NCBI GenBank assembly: GCA_964517605.1 | Contig: CAZFCE010000016.1 | Coordinates: 18,900-82,899, forward strand | Source of the DNA: an uncultured Caldilineaceae bacterium | GTDB taxonomy: Bacteria > Chloroflexota > Anaerolineae > 4572-78 > J111 | DNA length: 64,000 nucleotides | Direction: 5' to 3' | Shown here: piece after piece, positions 28,597 through 37,916 of the stretch | How the letters are laid out: each line of letters opens with the position of its first letter | Numbering within the stretch: the stretch's first letter is position 1 | Position numbers and translations under genes: made by a program | Notes under the pieces: generated by a model | What the model was told of the DNA's origin: nothing | Databases searched by the model: none | What the model saw: the letters and a program-made list of their open reading frames with translations, nothing else

Positions 28597-28651
28597 TTAA
28601 CTTTGGGCTTATTCTATTTCAGCGGCGCAGATTGGTCAACCTGAACAGCCG

Positions 28652-30301
28652 TTACTCAATCACCACCGGCATTATCATCGGCTGGCGCTGGGTTTCGCTG
28701 TAGAGAAAATCGGCCAGCGATTTGCGGATGGCTGTTTGGGGGTCGGATGGGTTACGGCGTAACGCCGCAATCACCTGGTCTTCGGCGCGTTCAATCAGTT
28801 CCATATTTTCTTTAACATACACAAATCCGCGCGTAATAATCTGCGGGCGGCCTGCCACTTCGCCGGTTTTTTCATTGAAGCGCACCACCGCCATTACAAA
28901 ACCATCCTGCGATAAAATTTCGCGGTCGCGCAGCACTTGCGGGCCAATATCGCCCACGCCGCTGCCATCCACAAAAATGTAACCGCCGGGAATGCGCTCA
29001 ACAATGCGCGCGCCTTTTTCATCAAACTCAACCACCGTGCCATTTTCTACCACAAAAATATTCTCACCGGGGATGCCCTGTTCACGGGCCAGCCCGGCGT
29101 GCGAGTGCAACTGGCGCAGTTCACCGTGCACCGGGATAAAATATTGGGGTTTTACCAGGTTGATGAGCAATTTTAGCTCTTCCTGGCTGGCGTGGCCGCT
29201 TACGTGCACGTTGCTGCTGCCGCGATCATAAATAACTCGCGCCCCGCGTTTAAATAATTTGTTGATGGCCCGGCCCACCAACTGCTCGTTGCCGGGGATA
29301 ACCCGCGACGACATCACCACGGTATCGCCCGGTTTGATGGTGATTTGCCGGTGGCGGCCATCGGCCATGCGCCCCAACGCGGCGCTGGGTTCGCCCTGGC
29401 TGCCGGTGGCAATGATGACAATCTGGTGATCCGGGCGGCCTTTCAGCCCGGCCAAATCGGTGAGCACGCCGGGCGGCACATCCAGATAGCCCAAATCCTG
29501 GGCGCGCTCCACGCTTTCTTCCAGGCTGCGCCCGTCAATGGCTACCACGCGGTTGTGTCGCGCCGCCGCACGGATAACCTGCTGCACCCGCGAAATCAAC
29601 GAGCCAAACGTGGCCAAAATCACCCGGCCTTTGGCCTCGCGGAAAACGCGGTTTAGCCCTTCGTCCACCGTTTTCTCCGAAGGGGTGAAGCCGGGATTAT
29701 CGGCGTTGGTGCTATCAGAGAGCAGCACCAGCACGCCTTCGCTGCCCAGCCGGGCCAGCGCGCCAAAATCGGGCGGGTCGCCCCAGGCGGGCGTGTAATC
29801 AAACTTAAAATCGCCGGTGTGCACAATCATCCCGGCGGGAGTACGAATGGCCAGCCCCACCGCATCGGGAATGGAGTGGCACACGTGGAAAAATTCCACA
29901 TCGAACAGCCCGCCCAACGATTTGCGGTCGCCCGGTGAAACAATGTTGAGGTTGGCCTGGCTGGCTTTGCCGTGCTTGCTGAGTTTCAACTCAATCAAAC
30001 CGGCGGTGAGGCGGGTGGCGTAAATGGGAGCCTGCACGTCGGCCAGCAAAAACGGCAGCGCCCCAATGTGGTCTTCGTGGCCGTGCGTAACCACAATGCC
30101 GCGCACCCATTCTTTTTTGTCTTTTAAATAGGCGGTGTAATCGGGGATAACCAGGTCTATGCCCAGCATATCGTGTTCGGGGAACATTACGCCGGCGTCA
30201 ATAATGAGCACGTTGCGGCCATACTCAACGGCCAGCATATTTTTGCCCACCTCGCCCAAACCGCCCAGAGGGATAATTCTTAATTTGTTTGCAGTTGCCA
30301 T
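28652..30301 (-). CDS. rnj: Ribonuclease J
   Basis: KLRIIPLGGLGEVGKNMLAVEY, metallo-beta-lactamase motif THGHEDHIGALP, beta-CASP and C-terminal domain; 549 aa. Confidence 0.93.
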   Translation of the reverse strand: MATANKLRIIPLGGLGEVGKNMLAVEYGRNVLIIDAGVMFPEHDMLGIDLVIPDYTAYLKDKKEWVRGIVVTHGHEDHIGALPFLLADVQAPIYATRLTAGLIELKLSKHGKASQANLNIVSPGDRKSLGGLFDVEFFHVCHSIPDAVGLAIRTPAGMIVHTGDFKFDYTPAWGDPPDFGALARLGSEGVLVLLSDSTNADNPGFTPSEKTVDEGLNRVFREAKGRVILATFGSLISRVQQVIRAAARHNRVVAIDGRSLEESVERAQDLGYLDVPPGVLTDLAGLKGRPDHQIVIIATGSQGEPSAALGRMADGRHRQITIKPGDTVVMSSRVIPGNEQLVGRAINKLFKRGARVIYDRGSSNVHVSGHASQEELKLLINLVKPQYFIPVHGELRQLHSHAGLAREQGIPGENIFVVENGTVVEFDEKGARIVERIPGGYIFVDGSGVGDIGPQVLRDREILSQDGFVMAVVRFNEKTGEVAGRPQIITRGFVYVKENMELIERAEDQVIAALRRNPSDPQTAIRKSLADFLYSETQRQPMIMPVVIE

Positions 30302-30394
30302 ATCTAATTTCTCCTTGAAGTAATTTTCTGGCTGTAGGTAGTAGAAGGTGTGGATGGCAGAATAATTCGCAAAGTAACGGTGCCGGTAACAAAA

Positions 30395-30416
30395 AACCCC
30401 AGCTAAAGCCGGGGTT
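30395..30416 (-). terminator. Rho-independent terminator after the cold-shock gene
   Basis: Minus strand reads aaccccggc-tttag-ctggggtt followed by ttttttg. Confidence 0.75.
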
Positions 30417-30434
30417 GCCTTTTCTTGTGAGTAA

Positions 30435-30644
30435 CTACTTGCGGGCTACTTCTAACGCGATGGGGCCACTCGGCTTACGAGTGACGGAGAATTCCACGCG
30501 GTCTCCAGCTAACAAATTTCTGAAGCCGCTGCCGGTAATGGACTGGTAGTACACAAAAATATCTTCATCCATCCCGCCGTCAATGTAGCCATATCCTTTA
30601 GAGGGATTAAACCATTTCACGGTTCCGGTCAGTCGTTCTGGCAT
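30435..30644 (-). CDS. Cold-shock domain protein (CspA family)
   Basis: GTVKWFNPSKGYGYI (RNP1-like) and IFVYYQSI (RNP2-like); 69 aa. RBS aaggagg. Confidence 0.92.
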   Translation of the reverse strand: MPERLTGTVKWFNPSKGYGYIDGGMDEDIFVYYQSITGSGFRNLLAGDRVEFSVTRKPSGPIALEVARK

Positions 30645-30756
30645 TGGGGATTACCTCCTTTCCGGATTGATGCGCAGGCAACAAAAAAACCGCTGGATCG
30701 ATACTGCACTCCTGCGGCTTTGCGAAAGACTACCAAATATCGTATTTCCGTGGACT

Positions 30757-30784
30757 AGTATACCGCTAAATTGGCTTTTGTCAA
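30757..30784 (-). promoter_or_regulatory. Candidate promoter for the cold-shock gene (TTGACA-16 nt-TATACT) giving a leader of about 105 nt
   Basis: Minus strand reads cttgacaaaagccaatttagcggtatactag. Sits just past the stop of the upstream Eis-like gene. Confidence 0.6.
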
Positions 30785-30789
30785 GGGGG

Positions 30790-32013
30790 TTAAAACCAAT
30801 CGGCGGCCTGAATATATAGCGGCGTATCGGCAATGATTTTATCCAGCCACGAAGCGGTGTCGGCATCGGTGGCAAAACGGCCCAACCAGCGGGCATCGGT
30901 GGCTTTAAGGTAGCCGCACAACACCTGGGTAAGCGTGGCGATGTCGGTTTCTATTTGCGGTTTAGCGCCGGCGGCGGGCCGGGTTTCGGCCCGGCCATCC
31001 ACCAGCCGAAAGACCAGCGGCTCTTCATTGGCCGGAATGAGCGGGTCCGTTACCTTGAAAACGCGCTCACCCGATACGCCCCGGGTGTAAAACCGGCTGG
31101 TAAAGGCTTTGGGCAAGTTGATAATCCGGGCCATGGGGCCGGGGGTAAGGTGGCACAGGTCGTTAAAAACCCAAAACCTATTTTCTGCGTTTACGGCAAC
31201 GGGCTGGCGCAGGCTGTGGCGCAGCGGCGTATCGGCGGGAGCCAGGTATTCAATCACGTCAACGTTTTGCGCCGCCAGATGAGCCAGCAAGCCCTGCAAG
31301 GCCGCCGGTTCGCCGGCAAAAAACTCTCTGAGGTGCAACACCCGTTTGCCATCAAGGCTGTTCTTGTAAAAATACATGTAGTAGCCCTCAATCATGCCGT
31401 CATTTTCAAACACCACCAGATTGGGCCACCGCTCGATAATTTTATCCCACCAGGCGTTGCTGCGGGTAAACCAGCCGTTGCGCCAGGTGAGCTGGCCTTT
31501 GTAGACCACTCGCAGCATGGGCAAATCTTCCGGCAAAAAGTGACGGACTTTACCGGTATCGCCCGTTACCGCCAAATTTTGGGGATCAACGGCGTAGGCG
31601 TGCAGATCACCCACCACGCCGTACCCAAATTTGTGGTAATATTGCGGCGAAAACGGGAACAACACCGACAGGGCCACGCCATCGGTGTGCATTTTGGCAA
31701 TGAGCGTTTGCATAATTTTGCCGGCAATTCCGCATGCGCGATATTGCGGCAGCACGGTTACGCCCGCCACTGCGCCCAAACTCAGCGGCACGCCGCTCAA
31801 CCACATTTGAGCCGGAAAGGCGGTAGCCGTGCCCACAATCCGGCCCTGGTATTCGGCAGCCACCACATGCGAAACATCGGCGCGAGGGTCATCTTTAAGC
31901 CGGGCCAACAGCAACTCCTTTTGCCCGCCAAAGCCAATCGCCCGCAAATCGGCCACGGTATTTAACTCATCGGAGACAATGGGCCTGATGGTTACGGCAT
32001 CCAGGTTGATCAT
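30790..32013 (-). CDS. Eis-like GNAT acetyltransferase with C-terminal SCP2-like domain
   Basis: 407 aa. GNAT core QYRACGIAGKIMQTLIAKM, second GNAT-like lobe and sterol-carrier-like tail, as in Eis-family enzymes. Confidence 0.7.
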   Translation of the reverse strand: MINLDAVTIRPIVSDELNTVADLRAIGFGGQKELLLARLKDDPRADVSHVVAAEYQGRIVGTATAFPAQMWLSGVPLSLGAVAGVTVLPQYRACGIAGKIMQTLIAKMHTDGVALSVLFPFSPQYYHKFGYGVVGDLHAYAVDPQNLAVTGDTGKVRHFLPEDLPMLRVVYKGQLTWRNGWFTRSNAWWDKIIERWPNLVVFENDGMIEGYYMYFYKNSLDGKRVLHLREFFAGEPAALQGLLAHLAAQNVDVIEYLAPADTPLRHSLRQPVAVNAENRFWVFNDLCHLTPGPMARIINLPKAFTSRFYTRGVSGERVFKVTDPLIPANEEPLVFRLVDGRAETRPAAGAKPQIETDIATLTQVLCGYLKATDARWLGRFATDADTASWLDKIIADTPLYIQAADWF

Positions 32014-32570
32014 TTTTCCCTCCCGTTTAGCTGCGTTACCAATAATTTAACCGCTTCGGGGGCGGTGCGGGCAATTGTGACCAGTTTTTGGTATTCGTCG
32101 CGCACGTAGTCTCCGGCGATAAAGGCCGCCAGCGTGCGCTGCCACAAACCGCCCACCGTAATAATGGGCCGCGCCGAAATTTCGCCCACCTGCACAAAAC
32201 TCCAAATCAGCGCCAACTCCGACAGCGTGCCCACGCCACCCGGCATAATAATTGCGCCGTGACAATTATCAACCAGGTACAGCAGCCGCTCGCGCAGCGT
32301 TTGGCATTTGATTTCTTCGGCCACCCACGGATTGGCGGGCATGGGCCGAAACTGCTCAATTTGGGCGCAGGTTATGCCAATAACATGGCCGTTGGCTTCG
32401 CGGGCGCCCTGGCTGGCCGCAGACATCACCCCGGAGTAGCCGCCGGTTTGCACGGTAAAGCCGGCTTCGGCCAGCAGCCGGCCCACGCTGCGCGCGGCTT
32501 CGTAATCGGCGGCGCCGGGTTTGGGCGCGGCGCTGCCAAAAACACTGATGACTTTGGGCTGGTTGGTCAT
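32010..32570 (-). CDS. LOG/TIGR00725-family protein (Rossmann-like nucleotide-binding)
   Basis: VISVFGSA, TGGYSGVMSAASQGA, and PGGVGTLSELALIW (PGGxGTxxE motif). Confidence 0.8.
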   Translation of the reverse strand: MTNQPKVISVFGSAAPKPGAADYEAARSVGRLLAEAGFTVQTGGYSGVMSAASQGAREANGHVIGITCAQIEQFRPMPANPWVAEEIKCQTLRERLLYLVDNCHGAIIMPGGVGTLSELALIWSFVQVGEISARPIITVGGLWQRTLAAFIAGDYVRDEYQKLVTIARTAPEAVKLLVTQLNGREK

Positions 32571-33404
32571 TTATACCCCTCGCGGATAAGAACCCAACAA
32601 TTTGAAAAAGGTGGTAAATTCTTGCAGATGCTTGAGCGCGTTCTGGCAGCGATCTTCGGCAATGCTGCCGATAAAATCAATGTAAAACAGGTATTGCCAG
32701 CGTTTGCCTTGCCACGGGCGCGATTCTATTTTGGCCAAATCAATATCGCGCAGGGCAAACACAGCCAAACTTTTATATAACGAGCCGGGAACGTTATCCA
32801 TAGAAAAAACAATGGATGTTTTGGCTTCGCCAACCGGCAGCACCGGCTCGCGGGCAATCACCACAAAGCGGGTGTAGTTTTCCGGGTCGTCGTGCATATC
32901 GGTGCGGAGAATGTTCATCCCGTAAATTTGGGCGGCGCGGGCGCTGGAAATGGCCGCGCTGTTGGTAAGGTGCTGGTCTTTGAGTATTTTTACGCTGCTG
33001 GCGGTATCGTAGGTAGAAATGAGTTCGGCGTGAGGCAGCAGTTGGCTGAGGTTGCGCTCGCACTGAGCCAGCGGTTGGGGGTGAGAATACACTTTTTGCA
33101 CATCGGCCAGCGCTACGCCGGGCAGCGCCACCAACTGGTGCGCCACGTGGATTTGGGTTTCGCCGATAATGGCCAAATCGTAGCGCAACAGCAAATCATA
33201 ATTGTGGTGAATACTGCCCGCCAGCGAGTTTTCCAGCGGCAAAATGCCCTGGTCAACTTCGCCATTGGCGACGGCTTCAAAAATGTTATCAAATTCCTTA
33301 CAAGAAACAAACGTAACGGCGTCGCCAAAATATTCCACCGCCGCGGCTTCGCTGTAAGAACCGCGCTGGCCCAAATAACCAACGCTCAGCCCGTTGTTGC
33401 TCAT
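32571..33404 (-). CDS. pheA: Prephenate dehydratase
   Basis: VGYLGQRGSYSEAAA, TRFVVIA, and C-terminal ACT domain with IESRP. Confidence 0.9.
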   Translation of the reverse strand: MSNNGLSVGYLGQRGSYSEAAAVEYFGDAVTFVSCKEFDNIFEAVANGEVDQGILPLENSLAGSIHHNYDLLLRYDLAIIGETQIHVAHQLVALPGVALADVQKVYSHPQPLAQCERNLSQLLPHAELISTYDTASSVKILKDQHLTNSAAISSARAAQIYGMNILRTDMHDDPENYTRFVVIAREPVLPVGEAKTSIVFSMDNVPGSLYKSLAVFALRDIDLAKIESRPWQGKRWQYLFYIDFIGSIAEDRCQNALKHLQEFTTFFKLLGSYPRGV

Positions 33405-34060
33405 GTTGGCACCTCAATGTCCAGCACTTTGTAGGGATAAATGTTCACCACGTGGGTTTGGTTAAACCGGGTTTCGGTGGTTTCGGAGATGTTATAAACA
33501 TGCCGGTGGCCATGCACCATATATTTGGGTTTGAACACCTGCATTAACCACACAAACGATTTGAAGCCAACGTGAATCCGGTCATCGCCGTTGTGGATGC
33601 CAAATGGCGGAGAATGGGCCACAAACATATCTACGTAGCGGCCATAGCGTAATTTGTTAACCAAAAATTTGGGAACAAGATGAAGCAATACGTTGAGCCA
33701 CATTTCTTGCTGGCTGTACTGAAACCGGCCATCGCGGTAGCGAATTGAGCCTTCTAGCCCGGCCAGCAACAACTTTTTTACCCGGTACGCCTGGCAATGT
33801 AAATTGAGGCCGCCCAGCGGCCCGGCCACTATCGAGCCGTCAGACAGGTATTCGCGTTCCGGGTCGTGGTTGCCATGCACATACAGCAAAGAAACGTTTA
33901 AAACCGACTGGATGTATTCCAGGTAATAATAGGGTAGATCGCCACAACCAACAACCAGTTCTACATCGGCGTATTTGGCCGTGATAGAGGAGCTGTAGAT
34001 GTGTTCGACAACTTTATCGCTAACAAAAAGTACCTTCACCTGATTTACGTTCTGCGACAC
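33401..34060 (-). CDS. Metallophosphoesterase-family protein
   Basis: VLFVSD, GCGDL, VHGNHD, VAHSPP, and VHGHRH in canonical order. 4-nt overlap with pheA. Confidence 0.75.
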   Translation of the reverse strand: MSQNVNQVKVLFVSDKVVEHIYSSSITAKYADVELVVGCGDLPYYYLEYIQSVLNVSLLYVHGNHDPEREYLSDGSIVAGPLGGLNLHCQAYRVKKLLLAGLEGSIRYRDGRFQYSQQEMWLNVLLHLVPKFLVNKLRYGRYVDMFVAHSPPFGIHNGDDRIHVGFKSFVWLMQVFKPKYMVHGHRHVYNISETTETRFNQTHVVNIYPYKVLDIEVPT

Positions 34061-34159
34061 AAAATTTCAGGCCATTCTACCACGAAGGGGTACCGGTGTC
34101 AATGAACCCAAAAACCCACAAAAAAGGGGCGATGTTGATCGCCCCTTGCGGTTAGTAGC

Positions 34160-35557
34160 TTACGGTTTTTCCAGCTCAAATTCCTGGTGAAGGGCGCGCA
34201 TGGCTTTTTCGGCATCACCCTGAGCAATGACCAGCGAAATGTTGTATTCGCTGCTGCCCTGAGCAATGGCGATGATGTTGATTTTTTCGCGGCCCAACGC
34301 GCCAAACAGGCGGGCGCTCACGCCGGGAGTACCCTTCATGCCGGAGCCAACCGCCGCCAGAATAACGGTGTTGCCTTCGGAGCGCACCCGATCCAGGTCG
34401 CGCCGTTCAATTTCGCGGGATAGCTCATCTTCCAACGATTTGACCACTTTGGGCACATCGGGGGTGGGTACCACAAAGCAAATAGATTGCTCCGACGAAG
34501 CCTGGCTGATCATCAACACGTTGGTATCGGTGCGGGCCACGGCGGTAAAGGTGCGGCCCGCCACGCCCGGAATGCCAATCATGCCCGGCCCGGCAACGGT
34601 AATCAGGCTCATATTTTTTATGGCGGCCACCGCTTTTACGGTTTTGCCGTTGTCCGTTTCTTCGGCGGTGATGATTGTACCGGGATGCTCCGGCTCAAAG
34701 GTGTTGAGAATACGCACCGGCATGCCTACCCGCCGCGCCGGGCGAATGGCCTGCGAATGCAGCACTTTGGCCCCAAAGTATGAAAGTTCGCTGATTTCGG
34801 CGTAGGAAAGATGGCTGATGGAGCGGGCTTCGGCCACTATGCGGGGATCGGTGGTCATGACACCGTTCACATCGGTCCAAATCCAAACTTCGTCGGCGGG
34901 CAGGGCGCGGCCAATAATAGTGCCGCTGTAATCGCTGCCGCCCCGGCCCAGCGTGGTGGTAATGCCCTGTTCGGTGGCCCCAATGAAGCCGGTAACAACC
35001 GGCGTAAGCCCTTTGGCCAGCAGCGGTTTTAGCCCGGCCTGGGTTTTTTCGGCGGTGGCGTTGATAATGGGCACGGCTCCACCAAAGCGGTCGTCGGTAA
35101 TAATCAGTTCAGTTGAAACTACGGCTTCGGCAGGAATGCCGGCGTTGTTAAGAATAGCCGCCACTTGCGGGGCGCTCATGCGCTCGCCCAGGCCGCCAAT
35201 CACATCCAGCGCGCGCGGCGTGAGTTCGCCCAACACATGAATGCCGTGGCACAGCGATTCAAACTCGTTGAGCATGTCTTTAATCTGGGCCATTACCCGG
35301 TCGCGTTCCGGAGTGTTGCCCAAAAAGTGAAGCGTGGCGTTGGCGTGTTTTTGCTCAATTTCCAGGCGAGACTGGTGGGCAAAGGTTTCGTTGCCGGCTT
35401 CGGCCTGGTGCGCGGCATCCAGCAACAGGTTAGTGACGCCGCTCATGGCCGAGACCACCACTACAACTTGATGGCCATCGGCGCGGGCTTTGGCCACAAT
35501 ATTGATTACATGCTGTAACGCCGGGGCGCTGCCCACCGACGTTCCCCCAAATTTCAT
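34160..35557 (-). CDS. lysC: Aspartate kinase with tandem ACT domains
   Basis: MKFGGTSVGS, TLGRGGSDYSG, and two C-terminal ACT repeats. ATG 35557 is preceded by ggaggag. Confidence 0.92.
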   Translation of the reverse strand: MKFGGTSVGSAPALQHVINIVAKARADGHQVVVVVSAMSGVTNLLLDAAHQAEAGNETFAHQSRLEIEQKHANATLHFLGNTPERDRVMAQIKDMLNEFESLCHGIHVLGELTPRALDVIGGLGERMSAPQVAAILNNAGIPAEAVVSTELIITDDRFGGAVPIINATAEKTQAGLKPLLAKGLTPVVTGFIGATEQGITTTLGRGGSDYSGTIIGRALPADEVWIWTDVNGVMTTDPRIVAEARSISHLSYAEISELSYFGAKVLHSQAIRPARRVGMPVRILNTFEPEHPGTIITAEETDNGKTVKAVAAIKNMSLITVAGPGMIGIPGVAGRTFTAVARTDTNVLMISQASSEQSICFVVPTPDVPKVVKSLEDELSREIERRDLDRVRSEGNTVILAAVGSGMKGTPGVSARLFGALGREKINIIAIAQGSSEYNISLVIAQGDAEKAMRALHQEFELEKP

Positions 35558-35593
35558 TACAATTAACACGGCGGCTCCTCCTGCCAAAATAAA

Positions 35594-35630
35594 ATACGGT
35601 CATCCTGCCCATTAAAGCAGTTGACCGTAT
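35594..35630 (-). terminator. Hairpin plus U-tract between the receiver gene and lysC (terminator or attenuator)
   Basis: Minus strand reads atacggtca-(19 nt)-tgaccgtat followed by tttatttt, 25 nt before the lysC RBS. Confidence 0.5.
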
Positions 35631-35664
35631 AGTACTCAGGCTGAAAAAAACGGCAAAATCCGGC

Positions 35665-36063
35665 TCAGGCGTGGACGCGCATGGTAGACAGGCGCACGGC
35701 AGACTCAACCCGCAGCCACAGTTCTTCCAAATCCAGCGGTTTGGAGACAACATCATCCACGCCAACTTCAAGGGCATTCAACCGGGTTTTGCGGTCGGCC
35801 AAATGCAGCAACATAATGATGGGAATGTGGGCAGTACGAGTATCTTCCAAAAGCTGCTGGCAGGTATGGTAAGGGTTGGCATCGGTAAATTCGGTGCTCA
35901 CCAAAATGGCGTTGGGCTGCCACTGCCGGGCCGCGCTCATAATTACAGCGGCGGTGTTAACCAGTTGAACTTCATGGTGCTTTAACTCAAAATACACCGC
36001 CATAGTGCGGCTAATGTCGGGGTCGGGATCAGCAATTAATATTCTGGATTTGATGGCACTCAT
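35665..36063 (-). CDS. Single-domain response-regulator receiver (atypical phospho-acceptor position)
   Basis: RILIADPDPD acidic pocket and VVSKPLD (conserved Lys). The expected acceptor position reads AILVSTEF, with no Asp. Confidence 0.75.
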   Translation of the reverse strand: MSAIKSRILIADPDPDISRTMAVYFELKHHEVQLVNTAAVIMSAARQWQPNAILVSTEFTDANPYHTCQQLLEDTRTAHIPIIMLLHLADRKTRLNALEVGVDDVVSKPLDLEELWLRVESAVRLSTMRVHA

Positions 36064-36159
36064 GGCGCAACCTCTTTCACGCAAACTAAATCCGCCTGCC
36101 TGTTGAAAGTATGCGCCAAGGCCACAGTTTTTGCCATAGGAGAATAGTATTACACCCCA

Positions 36160-36756
36160 TCAATTGGTCATAAAAAAAGCGATGGCTTTTTTTAGCTCGT
36201 CAAAACTGTACACAAAGACAATACATTCGCAATCGGCCAGCATCAGCGGCAATTCGTGCCGGATTTGCCGGCCCGCATTAATGTAGGCCAGCAGGTGCGA
36301 GAAAACCGTTTCGCCCACATGTTCGCGCAGGGCGTGGTTGTTTTGCAATTCGTCCCGGCTGCCCAGGCCGATAGGCGCAAAGGATTTGCCATCATTAAAC
36401 CACACAATGCTGGTTCGGCCCTGGCGGGCGTCGTCCATAATTTCGAGCGTGGTCACGGCTCCAATCGTGGTTGAGGTGATTTCGTACACGCGCAGCCGGG
36501 CTTGTTCGCGCGCTTTCTTTTCCTGCGGCGCGTCAATGCCCCAAATATACTCGCGGCCATGCGTGCTGGGGTGAATTTGGGGATCAAAATAAGACCATCC
36601 CCGATTATCCAACCACAACGCCAGCGGGTCGCGGCCAGGGTTGCGCACCGGGCCGGAGCGCCCCTGAATATTGCACGCGCCGCCGGTAAACAGTAACGGT
36701 TTAATGCCCGCCACCATCATTTCTGATGTTACTAACATACCATTAGATTCAGCCAT
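36160..36756 (-). CDS. Hypothetical protein, nucleoside 2-deoxyribosyltransferase-like (Rossmann-like) by motif resemblance
   Basis: KPLLFTGGAC...YFDPQ...VYEITSTTIGAVTTLEIMDDARQGR resembles the NDT-like G-rich loop and the T.G..T.LE(I/L) block. No search was run. Confidence 0.4.
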   Translation of the reverse strand: MAESNGMLVTSEMMVAGIKPLLFTGGACNIQGRSGPVRNPGRDPLALWLDNRGWSYFDPQIHPSTHGREYIWGIDAPQEKKAREQARLRVYEITSTTIGAVTTLEIMDDARQGRTSIVWFNDGKSFAPIGLGSRDELQNNHALREHVGETVFSHLLAYINAGRQIRHELPLMLADCECIVFVYSFDELKKAIAFFMTN

Positions 36757-36784
36757 AATTCACCCCGTTTTGTAACCTGGTATT

Positions 36785-37075
36785 TTACCCACGCAACCGC
36801 GCCCGCGCTTCGGCGCAATGCGGACACCGCTCGCCCCGGTAGTCGCGCCCGCAGGTGAGGCAGGTTTTTACCTCGCCTTCGGACTGGCTGCGGCCCACCG
36901 GCGCGCCCACCAAAATAAATTCTGCGCCGTCAAATTCGGTTAGCCACTGCTCCAGGCTGATGCCGTCAATTGAAATTCCGGTTAAACCAATTGTTAACGT
37001 GCCGCGCAACACTTTTGCGCCCATCTCGGTGCCGCTTTTGGCCAATTCTCGCGCATCGCTTCTTGAAATTCCCAC
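36785..37075 (-). CDS. Hypothetical small protein with C-terminal CxxC...CxxC zinc ribbon
   Basis: 96 aa ending CLTCGRDYRGERCPHCAEARARLRG. Begins 4 nt after the rsmI stop. Confidence 0.5.
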   Translation of the reverse strand: MGISRSDARELAKSGTEMGAKVLRGTLTIGLTGISIDGISLEQWLTEFDGAEFILVGAPVGRSQSEGEVKTCLTCGRDYRGERCPHCAEARARLRG

Positions 37076-37079
37076 TAAA

Positions 37080-37913
37080 TCACTCCTGTTTATCGCTAAT
37101 ATTTTTTACCAGGTTGTACACATCGCGTTTGGGCCAGCCGCTTTGCGCCGCTACTTGCCGGGCCGCATCTTTGGCCGTCGTGCCGGCGGCCAACGCCGCG
37201 CCCAACGCCGCCTCAACTTTTTCCGGCGACCAATCCGGCTCCGGCGCGGCCCCGGCCACAACCAGAGTAAATTCACCGCGAGGTTCGCGGCTGCGCCATT
37301 CGGCCAGCGCGCCGTCTACCGTGCCGCGCCAAATTTCTTCGTGCAGTTTGGTTAACTCGCGGCACACCACCATGGCCCGGCTGCCGCCAAAAATAGCGGC
37401 CATATCGCTTAACGCCGCCAGCAGCCGGTGCGGGGCTTCAAAACAAACCAACGTAACGGGCAACTGCCCAACTTCGGCCAGCGCGCGTTGGCGGTCGCTG
37501 GTTTTACGCGGCAAAAAGCCCAAAAACATAAAACGATCCGTGGGCAAGCCGCTGGCCGATAGCGCCACCGGCACGGCACTGGCGCCGGGCAGCGGCGTTA
37601 CGCCATAACCGGCAGCCACCGCCGCCTGCACCAGCCGGTAGCCGGGGTCCGAAACCAGCGGTGTGCCGGCCTCGGACACCAGCGCAACATCGCCCTGCGC
37701 CAGCGCGGTTAAAATGCGCTCAAGCTGGCCCGGCGGGCTATGCTCAAAATAGCTGATGGTGGGGCAGGTAATTTCAAAATGATTGAGCAGTTTAACGGTG
37801 GTGCGGGTATCTTCGGTGGCAATTAATGACACCTCTTTTAACACGCGCAGCGCCCGCAACGTAATATCTTCAAGGTTGCCCAGCGGCGTGGGCACAATGT
37901 ACAAAGTTCCCAT
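37080..37913 (-). CDS. rsmI: 16S rRNA (cytidine1402-2'-O)-methyltransferase
   Basis: GTLYIVPTPLGNLEDITLRALRVLKEVSLIATEDTRTTVKLL, a tetrapyrrole-methylase-fold RsmI signature. Confidence 0.9.
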   Translation of the reverse strand: MGTLYIVPTPLGNLEDITLRALRVLKEVSLIATEDTRTTVKLLNHFEITCPTISYFEHSPPGQLERILTALAQGDVALVSEAGTPLVSDPGYRLVQAAVAAGYGVTPLPGASAVPVALSASGLPTDRFMFLGFLPRKTSDRQRALAEVGQLPVTLVCFEAPHRLLAALSDMAAIFGGSRAMVVCRELTKLHEEIWRGTVDGALAEWRSREPRGEFTLVVAGAAPEPDWSPEKVEAALGAALAAGTTAKDAARQVAAQSGWPKRDVYNLVKNISDKQE

Positions 37914-37916
37914 AAT

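Noticed and set aside
27946-28644. 232-aa plus-strand ORF opposite ychF
   Set aside because: ychF on the minus strand is near-certain, so this is a shadow ORF.
30955-31965. 336-aa plus-strand ORF opposite the Eis-like GNAT gene
   Set aside because: A shadow ORF, with GNAT motifs and operon overlaps supporting the minus strand.
35558-35664. Lysine riboswitch (L-box) upstream of lysC
   Set aside because: The gap is only about 107 nt and holds a single simple hairpin. That is too short for the five-helix L-box, and I saw no conserved L-box core sequences.
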